Assembly (NCBI GenBank): GCA_963743635.1
Contig: CAVUQO010000003.1
Location: forward strand, 640,001 to 704,000
DNA: 64,000 nt
Source of the DNA: Candidatus Babeliales bacterium
GTDB lineage: Bacteria; Babelota; Babeliae; Babelales; Vermiphilaceae
Direction of reading: 5' to 3'
A program made the position numbers and the translations under genes. The notes under the pieces were generated by a model. That model made no database searches. It saw only the letters and a list, made by a program, of their open reading frames with translations, and had not been told where the DNA came from. Below, piece after piece: positions 20,929 through 29,789 of the stretch (its first letter is position 1; every line of letters begins with the position of its first letter).

Positions 20929-21990
20929 TTACTTATGCATCATGAGATAAGATTCTTTTTGGTGCGTAACCAGTGTGTACTGATTTTGATTCAGAACAAG
21001 TTTCTTAACGTACGCGGGACGAAATCCGAGCGTGTGTGAAATGGTGCTCAGCGGTGCACGCTGCATAGGTTGTGCTTGCAGATATGCAGAAAGCAGTTGG
21101 TTGGCGATGAGCTGTTTGTTGCGCCGATTGGCAAAATAGGATGCGATTAATCCTTTTTCCGGCGCAAAAAGAAGCGCGAGTAAAAAGAGCATGCCCGATG
21201 CGGTGGCAATAGCGCCAGCAATTGAGACGTTCAAAAGATGCGCTAACCAGTAGCCGCCTATTGAAGAGGCGATGCCGAGCGCGATGCTCAGATAGATCAT
21301 GATATTAAGTTTGTGCGTTAGTAGATAGGCAGTTGCAGGCGGTGTAATCATGAGTGCGACAACCACAATCGAGCCGACTACGTTAAAGGCACCAACGGCG
21401 GTGATGCTCGTGAGCGTCATAAGTGCATAGTACATATATGCAGGCGTGAATCCGAGCATGCGCGAAAGTTCTGGATCGAAGGTGGTAAGTTTCAATTCTT
21501 TATAGCAGATAAGCACAAACAAACTATTGAGCAGTGCAATGCTACCCATGCTCCAGAGTGCGCGTGGGCCCCAATCAATGCCAAATAGTTCGAGACGATT
21601 GAAGGGCGCAAATGCCAATTCGCCGAGCAATACCATATCCATATCAAGATGCACGTTGCGTGCATACATGCTAATCAAAATAATGCCGACGGAGAAAAAG
21701 AGCGGGAACACAATCCCAATGGCTGAATCTTTTTTGAGCCGTTTGCTTGCGATAATTCTTTCCGTGATGAGGACTGTTGCAAGGCCCGCAAGTGCAGCGC
21801 CCAGAATTAAAAGAGGTGATTCAAGATTATGCACGAGAAAAAACATGAGCACGATACCAGGCAAAATCGCATGACTAATCGCATCGCTCATGAGAGCAAC
21901 ACCGCGCAATACGAGAAACACACCCGGCAAAACGGTTGCGATGGAAGTCAGGCAGGCAATCGCCATAATAATGATTTGGAAGCTATTCAT
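20929..21990 (-). CDS. Mn/Zn/Fe ABC transporter permease (TroD/MntD-like)
   Basis: DAISHAILPG, LTTFDP, VGSIVVVALMITPPATAYLL (ABC-3 family). Confidence 0.92.
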   Translation of the reverse strand: MNSFQIIIMAIACLTSIATVLPGVFLVLRGVALMSDAISHAILPGIVLMFFLVHNLESPLLILGAALAGLATVLITERIIASKRLKKDSAIGIVFPLFFSVGIILISMYARNVHLDMDMVLLGELAFAPFNRLELFGIDWGPRALWSMGSIALLNSLFVLICYKELKLTTFDPELSRMLGFTPAYMYYALMTLTSITAVGAFNVVGSIVVVALMITPPATAYLLTHKLNIMIYLSIALGIASSIGGYWLAHLLNVSIAGAIATASGMLFLLALLFAPEKGLIASYFANRRNKQLIANQLLSAYLQAQPMQRAPLSTISHTLGFRPAYVKKLVLNQNQYTLVTHQKESYLMMHK

Positions 21991-22838
21991 GATGATACTC
22001 GCGCATGGCGTGGGGTACAGAAAAATGAGATGAGCACGCAGATGCTTAAAATTACCACGATCGTGGGGCCGGTTGGAATATGCGTATACCAGCTACTAAT
22101 GAGTGATCCAAGAAAGCTGCTCAGGGCGCCAATAGTAGATGCGAGAAACACCATTGATGAAAGACGCGTTGTCCATTGATATGCGGCTGCAGCGGGTGCA
22201 ATAAGCATGGCGCTCATGAGTACTACACCAACTGTTTGTAATCCTAATGAGATGGCGAGTACCATTAATACCGTTAAAAATACATCGAGTGCAATCACGG
22301 GATATCCGCAGGTATGTGCGTACGCGTAATCAAACGTGAGTAATGAAAACTCTTTCCAAAAGAGCGCGAGGCAAGAGAGTGTAAGGGTCGCAATGAATGC
22401 CATCGCGTACACATCTTCGATAATGAGCGTCGACGCGCTGCCAAATAAAAATTTGTTTAAGACTGATTGATGCGGAATTGAATATTTTTGAATGACGGTC
22501 ATGAGCACGAGCCCGACGCCAAAAAAGACCGATAAAATAATGCCGAGTACTGTATCTTGTTTGAGTTTCGTGAGTCGTGTGATGACAAGCATGAGAATAG
22601 TGCCGATACATCCGGCAATTGAACCGCCGAGTATGAGAATGAGCGGATTTCGTGAGTGAGTGGCTAAAAACATCAGTGCAATGCCGGGAAGTGCGGCATG
22701 AGAAATAGTATCACCGAGTAAACTTTGTTTGCGCAGTAATGCAAATACGCCTAATGCGCCGGCGGTGATGCCAAGCAGCATTGTCCCGATGCATACAATG
22801 ATGAGCGTGTAATGAGTGCTGAGGAGGGTATAAGTCAT
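21987..22838 (-). CDS. Mn/Zn/Fe ABC transporter permease (TroC/MntC-like)
   Basis: LLRKQSLLGDTISHAALPG, VGVVLMSAMLIAPAAAAYQWT. Confidence 0.92.
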   Translation of the reverse strand: MTYTLLSTHYTLIIVCIGTMLLGITAGALGVFALLRKQSLLGDTISHAALPGIALMFLATHSRNPLILILGGSIAGCIGTILMLVITRLTKLKQDTVLGIILSVFFGVGLVLMTVIQKYSIPHQSVLNKFLFGSASTLIIEDVYAMAFIATLTLSCLALFWKEFSLLTFDYAYAHTCGYPVIALDVFLTVLMVLAISLGLQTVGVVLMSAMLIAPAAAAYQWTTRLSSMVFLASTIGALSSFLGSLISSWYTHIPTGPTIVVILSICVLISFFCTPRHARVSS

Positions 22839-22885
22839 AGGTATAACAAGGGAAGTGAAAGGGCGTATGATACTTTATTCCGTAC

Positions 22886-23129
22886 ACCCATTCGAGACAT
22901 TCTTCGTCCCGTTTCACGAGACTCAGAATCCTCAGGGCGAACGGATTCTACGACATAGCAGGCATTATATGTAAGATAAGTTTCATCGCAAAAATCATTA
23001 TAAAATCGATGATCTACATCCCCCCGTTCGCCCTGAGGGTTTTTCATAAGCGAAGCGAAATGAAAAATGTCTCGAATGGGTGCGGGGATCCATAAATTTG
23101 CGCATCCCTCGACCAGCTCAGGATGAAGG
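22886..23129. repeat. inverted doublet plus one minimal copy of REP-like family A
   Basis: 22886-22944 ACCCATTCG...CTCAGGGCGAACGG; inverted 23024-23081; minimal copy ATCCCTCGACCAGCTCAGGATGAAGG at 23104-23129. Confidence 0.85.
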
Positions 23130-23178
23130 GACAAAAAAGTTTTTTTAAAAAAGAGAAAGGGAATGTTGAAATTATGCT

Positions 23179-23940
23179 TCATAATTCCCGTACCTTATTA
23201 AAACAGTTCGTAAACAAGGTGTGTTTGCCGTACGTAGCATGCAAATTTTCAGCGTGAAGGACTTGATTAATCGGCCCGCATGCGATGAGTTTGATATTTA
23301 AAAGGAGTAGCCAATCAAAATAATCTTGCAGCGTCTGCAAATCATGATGCACCACGATAATGGTTTTACCTTGAGTGCGTAATTTTTTGAGGAGTTCGAC
23401 AATCGTTTGTTCCGTTGCCATATCAACGCCCATGAACGGCTCATCCATGATGTAAATATCTGCTTGTTGCACCAGTGCGCGTGCTAAAAAGACGCGCTGT
23501 TGTTGCCCGCCTGAAAGTTGGCTGATATGCCGGTAGGCATAATGAGTGAGTTGTACTTGTTCAAGCGCAAGCCATGCTGCATCATAATCGGCCGATGAGG
23601 GGCGTTTGAACCATCCCATATGTGCATAACGGCCCATGAGTACAACGTCCAATACGTTGGCAGGAAAATCCCAATCAACGCTTAATCGTTGTGGGACGTA
23701 TGCGATGCGCTGGGTATGTTCTTTATAGCTGCCCCCAAAAAAAGATACTGACCCTGCATCAGGCCTAATAATATTAAGAATAGATTTAATGAACGTGGTT
23801 TTGCCTGCACCATTGGGGCCAACAACGGCAAGTAATGTTCCCTGCGGAATAGATGCGCTGATATCCCAGAGTACTGGCTCGGTTTGATAGCGCACCGTCA
23901 AATGGGAAATGGATAATGCAGCAGTGGTGTCTGATGGCAT
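23179..23940 (-). CDS. Mn/Zn/Fe ABC transporter ATP-binding protein (TroB/MntB-like)
   Basis: Walker A GPNGAGKT, signature LSGGQQQR, Walker B IMDEPF, VHHDL. Confidence 0.95.
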   Translation of the reverse strand: MPSDTTAALSISHLTVRYQTEPVLWDISASIPQGTLLAVVGPNGAGKTTFIKSILNIIRPDAGSVSFFGGSYKEHTQRIAYVPQRLSVDWDFPANVLDVVLMGRYAHMGWFKRPSSADYDAAWLALEQVQLTHYAYRHISQLSGGQQQRVFLARALVQQADIYIMDEPFMGVDMATEQTIVELLKKLRTQGKTIIVVHHDLQTLQDYFDWLLLLNIKLIACGPINQVLHAENLHATYGKHTLFTNCFNKVREL

Positions 23941-23994
23941 AATGAAACGTCCATAATGAATGATACATGATAAGGGATTTGTGTTTTTAGAATA

Positions 23995-24052
23995 TCATAA
24001 AGATGCTAAAGCACCAACAATCGCCGCTATATTATGCCGACCACGCCCAATA
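23995..24052 (-). repeat. stranded copy of the 3' end of the ABC substrate-binding gene
   Basis: Minus strand reads RHNIAAIVGALASL* vs RHNIAVIIGALAS* in gene 29790..30722; lies ~55 bp upstream of the ATPase start. Confidence 0.85.
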
Positions 24053-24152
24053 AAATCCTTGCATCTGAGCTTTTCAATATGCCAATCTGGATAAAAATGC
24101 AAGGCAAAAAATAGTGATTTTGCCTAAATCATTCCTAAAAGGAAAATGAAAT

Positions 24153-25892
24153 ATGAAGAAAATGATAACGATTGTGGTGTTGATATTGGGGTTTTTGACG
24201 TGGCGCATGGGGGCTATGGAGGCACAAGCTGAAGCGGAGGCTGGAGATGTAATGCTGCAGACGAATGATGGTCAACTCGTATCTATCAGTAGAAAGGATG
24301 CAAGATGTTTCCCTACGATTATTGATGCAGTAAGCATATTGAGCACAGATGAGCCAATTCCAGTGAATGTTACGCAACCCGTCTTGCAGCGTCTGCTTCA
24401 AGATTTAGATTGGGTCAGAGCAGTATGTAATGAGAGGCGCCCAGATGAAACAGAACAGCAATGTGCAGAACGAGCTGCACGAGCATTACCTCCATCGGCG
24501 TATGTCTATTCTGATAATAGTATGCGCAGAACATTCGAAAATTTAGCAGCAGCCCATTATTTAGGATCATTGGAATTGCAAGAACGATATGCCCGCATCC
24601 TTGCAGGAATGCTCGTATCTGATCAATCATTAGCACTATTATACAGCAACAATCCTGCTCATATTGCATTTATTCAAAAGATTGAGCCACTGCGGGGTGA
24701 TGGTGATCAAAAGGTATATGCAGAAAATCGTAATGCTGGTGCATTTCATATTTTTGCGCGATTGATTTACAAATATATTCCAGAAATTGAGGTATGGGCA
24801 CAGAGTTCCATGCTTCCACATAAAAGAGTGGTTTTAGCCGCATCTTTTTCGCCCGATAGTGCCAAAGTAGCAACTGCGGCTGATGATAATAGTATACGTA
24901 TATGGAATGCAGATCTGGCTACGATGTTGTTCGTATTACGAGGACATTCGGCTGCTATTCATTCAGTATCCTTTTCTCCAGCTGGGGATAAGGTTGTATC
25001 AGCTGCGAGTGATAATTTAGCGAAAATATGGGATGTAAATACGGGGACATTATTGCGTACATTAAAGGGGCATGCTGGTGTGGTTGCATCAGCATCATTT
25101 TCGCCCGATGGTACTCAGGTGGTGACTGCGTCTGACGACGGAACTGTGCGTCTATGGGATGCAAATACGGGTGCATCATTGCGTACGTTGCAGGGGCATC
25201 AGGGACATAGTTATGGTGCTTATGTGATTTTTTCAGCACAATTTTCACCGGATGGTAGTAGGGTGGTGACTGCATCCAGTGATCGAGAGGCAAAGATATG
25301 GGATGCAAATACGGGTGCGTTATTGCGTACGTTACAGGGACATAGGGATTTGGTTAGATCAGCACAATTTTCACCGAACGGTATGAGGGTGGTGACTGCG
25401 TCCGGTGATCGAGAGGCAAAGATATGGAATGCAAATACGGGTGCGTTATTGCATACCTTGAGGGGGCATGTTGCTCAGGTTAGATCAGCATCATTCTCGC
25501 CCGATGGCACTGAGGTGGTGACTGCGTCTGACGACGGAACTGTGCGTCTATGGGATGCAAATAATGGGGCGTTATTGCGTACGTTGGAGGGGCATACCGA
25601 TTGGGTTCTATCCGCATCCTTTTCACCGGATGGCAATAAGGTGGTGACTGCGTCATGTGATAGAACGGCGCGCATATGGAGACCAATTCGGGCGGACAGT
25701 TTTGATCAGGCGTTATTTATTCATATGTTACGATGGGCACAGCGTAATAATAAACCAGTAGGCTGGCAAACAGGATGGGGACGTATGGTAATGGATACGT
25801 ATAATCCCGATGTTGAAGCCATGATCAAAGAGGCATTCCCTAAATCATTGATGGAGAAAATGAACGAAAAAGTGGGCAGATTATTTAGGTAG
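24153..25892 (+). CDS. secreted Skp1-like domain + 7xWD40 repeat protein (copy 1)
   Basis: Signal peptide ending MGA-M; VMLQTNDG...PIPVNV...LAAAHYL; seven GH...SASFSPDG..VVTAS.D....IW repeats. Confidence 0.9.
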   Translation: MKKMITIVVLILGFLTWRMGAMEAQAEAEAGDVMLQTNDGQLVSISRKDARCFPTIIDAVSILSTDEPIPVNVTQPVLQRLLQDLDWVRAVCNERRPDETEQQCAERAARALPPSAYVYSDNSMRRTFENLAAAHYLGSLELQERYARILAGMLVSDQSLALLYSNNPAHIAFIQKIEPLRGDGDQKVYAENRNAGAFHIFARLIYKYIPEIEVWAQSSMLPHKRVVLAASFSPDSAKVATAADDNSIRIWNADLATMLFVLRGHSAAIHSVSFSPAGDKVVSAASDNLAKIWDVNTGTLLRTLKGHAGVVASASFSPDGTQVVTASDDGTVRLWDANTGASLRTLQGHQGHSYGAYVIFSAQFSPDGSRVVTASSDREAKIWDANTGALLRTLQGHRDLVRSAQFSPNGMRVVTASGDREAKIWNANTGALLHTLRGHVAQVRSASFSPDGTEVVTASDDGTVRLWDANNGALLRTLEGHTDWVLSASFSPDGNKVVTASCDRTARIWRPIRADSFDQALFIHMLRWAQRNNKPVGWQTGWGRMVMDTYNPDVEAMIKEAFPKSLMEKMNEKVGRLFR

Positions 25893-25918
25893 TACATATA
25901 TTTTACATCACGAAATTC

Positions 25919-25947
25919 AAAAGGGTCTCTTAATCGGGGCCCTTTTT
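25919..25947. terminator. bidirectional-type intrinsic terminator
   Basis: AAAAGGGTCTCTTAATCGGGGCCCTTTTT; identical copy at 29760-29788. Confidence 0.75.
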
Positions 25948-25948
25948 A

Positions 25949-26003
25949 TTATGATGTTAAAGCGCCAACAATCGCCGCTATATTATGCCGACCATGCCCA
26001 ATA
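25949..26003 (-). repeat. second stranded copy of the 3' end of the ABC substrate-binding gene
   Basis: 39/42 identity to 29790-29831; reads RHNIAAIVGALTS*. Confidence 0.85.
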
Positions 26004-26102
26004 AAATCCTTGCGTCTGAGCTTTTCAATATGCCAATCTGGATAAAAATGCAAGGCGAAAATAGTGATTTTGTCTAAATCATTCCTAAAAGGAGAATGGA
26101 AT

Positions 26103-27956
26103 ATGAAGAAAATGATAATGATTGTGGTATTGGCGTTGGGTTCTTTGACGTGGCGCATGGGGGCTATGGAGGCACAAGCTGAAGCGGAGGCTGGAGATGT
26201 AATGCTGCAGACGAATGATGGTCAACTCGTATCTATCAGTAGAAAGGATGCAAGATGTTTTCCTACGATTATTGATGCAGTAAGCATATTGAGCACAGAT
26301 GAGCCAATTCCAGTGAATGTTATGCAACCCGTCTTGCAGCGTCTGCTTCAAGATTTAGATTGGGTCAGAGCAGTATGTAATGAGAGGCGCCCAGATGAAA
26401 CAGAACAGCAATGTGCAGAACGAGCTGCACGAGCATTACCTCCATCGGCGTATGTCTATTCTGATAATAGTATGCGCATAACATTCGAAAATCTAGCAGC
26501 AGCCCATTATTTAGGATCATTGGAATTGCAAGAACGATATGCCCGCATCCTTGCAGGAATGCTCGTATCTGATCAATCATTAGCACTATTATACAGCAAC
26601 AATCCTGCTCATATTGCATTTATTCAAAAGATTGAGCCACTGCGGGGTGATGGTGATCAAAAGGTATATGCAGAAAATCGTAATGCTGGTCCATTAAATG
26701 TTTTTGCGAAATTAATCTATAAATATTTTTCACACGGAGAAGTATGGGAGCGGCGTGTATTTTTCAGAGCGCATACGAATAAGATTTATTCACTATCATT
26801 TTCATTGGATGGCGCTCGGGTGGTGACTGCATCTGGTGATCGAACGGCAAAGATATGGGATGCAAATAGTGGGGCGTTATTGCATACATTGCAGGGGCCT
26901 CATGGGCATACTGATTTTGTTTATTCAGCATCATTTTCACCGAATGGCGATCGGGTGGTGACTGCATCTCGTGATCGAATGGCAAAGATATGGGATGCAA
27001 ATAGTGGCGCGTTATTGCATACATTGCAGGGGCATACTAATCTGATTGTTTCAGCATCATTTTCACCGGACGGTAGTAGGGTGGTGACTGCGTCCAGTGA
27101 TCGAACAGCAAAGATATGGGATGCAAATAGTGGCGCGTTATTGTGTACCTTGCAGGGACATAGACATGAGGTTCGTCCAGCATCATTTTCATCGGATGGC
27201 ACTCGGGTGGTGACTGCATCTGGTGATCGAACGGCAAAGATATGGGATGCAAATAGTGGGGCGTTATTGCATACATTGCAGGGGCATACTGATTTGGTTT
27301 ATTCAGCATCATTTTCACCGAATGGCGATAGGGTGGTGACTGCATCTGGTGATCGAACGGCAAAGATATGGGATGCAAATAGTGGGGCGTTATTGCATAC
27401 ATTGCAGGGGCCTCAAGGGCATACTGATTTGATTTATTCAGCATCATTTTCACCGAATGGCGATAGGGTGGTGACTGCATCTCGTGATCGAATGGCAAAG
27501 ATATGGGATGCAAATAGTGGGGTGTTAGTGCATACATTGCAGGGGCATACTAATCTGATTGTTTCAGCAACATTTTCACCGGACGGTAGTAGGGTGGTGA
27601 CTGTGTCCAGTGATGGAACGGCACGCATATGGAATGCAAATAGTGGGGAGTTATTGGATACATTGCAGGGGAATGTAGCATCATTTTCACCGGATGGCAC
27701 TCGAGTGGCGACTGCGTCTAATGATGGAATGGTGCGCATATGGAGATCAATTCCGACGGACAGTTTTGATCGGGCATTATTTATTTGTATGTTGCGGTGG
27801 GCACAGCGTAATAATAAGCCAGTGGGCTGGCAAACGGAATGGGGGCGTATGGTAATGGATACGTATAATCCCGATGTTGAAGCCATGATCAAACAGGCAT
27901 TCCCTAAATCGTTGACGGAGAAATTGAAGGAAAAAGTGGGCGAATTATTTAAGTAG
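26103..27956 (+). CDS. secreted Skp1-like domain + 8xWD40 repeat protein (copy 2)
   Basis: ATG 26103 (1950 bp after the copy 1 start); N-terminal ~190 aa almost identical to copy 1; eight WD40 repeats. Confidence 0.9.
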   Translation: MKKMIMIVVLALGSLTWRMGAMEAQAEAEAGDVMLQTNDGQLVSISRKDARCFPTIIDAVSILSTDEPIPVNVMQPVLQRLLQDLDWVRAVCNERRPDETEQQCAERAARALPPSAYVYSDNSMRITFENLAAAHYLGSLELQERYARILAGMLVSDQSLALLYSNNPAHIAFIQKIEPLRGDGDQKVYAENRNAGPLNVFAKLIYKYFSHGEVWERRVFFRAHTNKIYSLSFSLDGARVVTASGDRTAKIWDANSGALLHTLQGPHGHTDFVYSASFSPNGDRVVTASRDRMAKIWDANSGALLHTLQGHTNLIVSASFSPDGSRVVTASSDRTAKIWDANSGALLCTLQGHRHEVRPASFSSDGTRVVTASGDRTAKIWDANSGALLHTLQGHTDLVYSASFSPNGDRVVTASGDRTAKIWDANSGALLHTLQGPQGHTDLIYSASFSPNGDRVVTASRDRMAKIWDANSGVLVHTLQGHTNLIVSATFSPDGSRVVTVSSDGTARIWNANSGELLDTLQGNVASFSPDGTRVATASNDGMVRIWRSIPTDSFDRALFICMLRWAQRNNKPVGWQTEWGRMVMDTYNPDVEAMIKQAFPKSLTEKLKEKVGELFK

Positions 27957-28026
27957 TGCGTATATTTTACATCACGCAATTCAGCATTAATTTAAAATGC
28001 CGGCTGGGATAAAAGGAGAATGGTCC

Positions 28027-29733
28027 ATGAAGAAAATGATAACGATTGCGGTGTTGGCGTTGGGCTCTTTGACGTGGCGCATGGGGGCAATGCAGCAACC
28101 AGCCAAAGCGGCGGTTAGAGAAGTAATACTGCAGACGAATGATGGTCAAGAAGTGAGCATGAGTGAGGCTGATGCAAGACTTTTTGGCACGATTAGAGAT
28201 GTAATAGATGAGTGTGGCAATGAGCAACCAATTCCACTCAGTAATGTTTCACTCGTAGTATTGCGGCGTCTGCTTGCTGATATACCGTGGGCGAGAGAAA
28301 CGCGTATTGGTAGACAAGCGCATGAAACTGAAGAGCAATGTGCAGAGCGAGCTGCAGGAGCATTGCCGGCATCGGGTTATTCTGTTGATGGTCTGCGCCA
28401 AGCAAGGGAAAATTTCGAGGCTGCTCGCTATTTGCTATCGCCTGAATTGATGGAGAGATATGCACGCATTGTTGCGGGTATGTTAGCATCAGATCAATCA
28501 TTAGCATTATTGTATAACAACGATTCTGCATGCATCGCATTGATTAACAATATTGGGGCTGACGATGTTTTTGCGAGATGGATTTGTAAACACCTTCCAC
28601 ATGTATGGGGGCAGCAGCTTGTGCTTCAGGATACAAGTGCGGTTTATTCAGCTTCATTTTCACCGAATGGCAATAGGGTGGTGACTGCATGTGATGAGGG
28701 AACGGCAAAGATATGGGATGTAAATAGGGGGGCGTTATTGCATACATTGCAGGGGCATACTGATGTGGTTAGATCAGCATCATTTTCACCGGATGGAAGT
28801 AGGGTGGTAACTGCGTCCAATGATCAAACGGCAAAGATATGGAATGCAAATAATGGGGCGTTATTGCATACCTTGCAGGCACCTCAGGGGCATGCTTGGC
28901 GGGTTAATTCAGCATCATTTTCACCAGATGGTAGTAGGGTGGTGACTGCGTCCAGTGATCGAACGGCAAAGATATGGGATGCAAATAGTGGAGGGTTATT
29001 GCGTACATTGCAGTGGGCTCAGGGGAATACTAATTGGTATGATAATTCGATTAATTCAGCATCATTTTCATGGGATGGCAATAGGGTGGTGACTGCGTCT
29101 AATGATAGAACGGCAAAGATATGGAATGCAAATAGTGGGGAGGTATTGCGTACATTGCGGGGCCATAACGCTGCGGTTTATTCAGCATCATTTTCACGGG
29201 ATGGCAATAGGGTGGTGACTGCGTCTGTTGATGGAACGGCAAGGATATGGAATGCAAATAATGGGGACTTATTGCATAGATTGGGGGAGGATCCTGAGGG
29301 ACATTTTGGGTGGGTGCCTGTTTATTCAGCATCATTTTCACCGGATGGCACTCGGGTGGTGACTGCGTCTCGTGATCGAATGGCAAAGATATGGAATGCA
29401 AATAGTGGGGATTTATTGGATACATTGCATGGGCATACTGATCTGGTTAGATCAGCATCATTTTCACCGGATGGCACTCGGGTGCTGACTGCATCTTTTG
29501 ATGGAACGGCACGCATATGGCAATCGACTTGGACGGACAATTTTGATCAGGCGTTATTTATTCATATGTTACGATGGGCACAGCGTAATAATAAGCCAGT
29601 AGGCTGGCAAACAGGATGGGGACGTATGGTTATGGATACGTATAATTTTCATGATCAAGAGTTGATCAAACAGGCATTTCCTCAATCATTGATGGAGAAA
29701 TTGAAGGAAAGAGTCGGCAGATTATTTAAGTAG
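28027..29733 (+). CDS. secreted Skp1-like domain + 7xWD40 repeat protein (copy 3)
   Basis: ATG 28027 after AGGAG; EVILQTNDGQEV...GTIRDVIDECGNEQPIPLSNVSLVVLRRLL...FEAARYL; seven WD40 repeats. Confidence 0.9.
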   Translation: MKKMITIAVLALGSLTWRMGAMQQPAKAAVREVILQTNDGQEVSMSEADARLFGTIRDVIDECGNEQPIPLSNVSLVVLRRLLADIPWARETRIGRQAHETEEQCAERAAGALPASGYSVDGLRQARENFEAARYLLSPELMERYARIVAGMLASDQSLALLYNNDSACIALINNIGADDVFARWICKHLPHVWGQQLVLQDTSAVYSASFSPNGNRVVTACDEGTAKIWDVNRGALLHTLQGHTDVVRSASFSPDGSRVVTASNDQTAKIWNANNGALLHTLQAPQGHAWRVNSASFSPDGSRVVTASSDRTAKIWDANSGGLLRTLQWAQGNTNWYDNSINSASFSWDGNRVVTASNDRTAKIWNANSGEVLRTLRGHNAAVYSASFSRDGNRVVTASVDGTARIWNANNGDLLHRLGEDPEGHFGWVPVYSASFSPDGTRVVTASRDRMAKIWNANSGDLLDTLHGHTDLVRSASFSPDGTRVLTASFDGTARIWQSTWTDNFDQALFIHMLRWAQRNNKPVGWQTGWGRMVMDTYNFHDQELIKQAFPQSLMEKLKERVGRLFK

Positions 29734-29759
29734 TATGTATATTTTACATCACGAATTTC

Positions 29760-29788
29760 AAAAGGGTCTCTTAATCGGGGCCCTTTTT
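29760..29788. terminator. bidirectional-type terminator between convergent WD40 and ABC substrate-binding genes
   Basis: Same hairpin as 25919-25947 with A and T tails. Confidence 0.75.
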
Positions 29789-29789
29789 G

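Larger units (their letters stand above)
15246..20984. mobile_element. 5.7-kb genomic island bounded by a 56-bp direct repeat of the 3' end of the metal ABC permease gene
   Basis: 15246-15301 vs 20929-20984: 49/56 identical without gaps, including a 23-bp exact core GTGCGTAACCAGTGTGTACTGAT; no integrase seen. Confidence 0.8.

Noticed and set aside
24800..29520. WD40 DNA repeats as a CRISPR array or diversity-generating retroelement
   Set aside because: The repeats are in-frame coding units with no unique spacers, and no cas or reverse transcriptase gene is in the window. I did not see variation restricted to adenines.
24135..29540. Repetitive minus-strand ORFs (e.g. 27037..27537, 27434..27979, 24955..25308)
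   Set aside because: Antisense shadows of the WD40 repeats.
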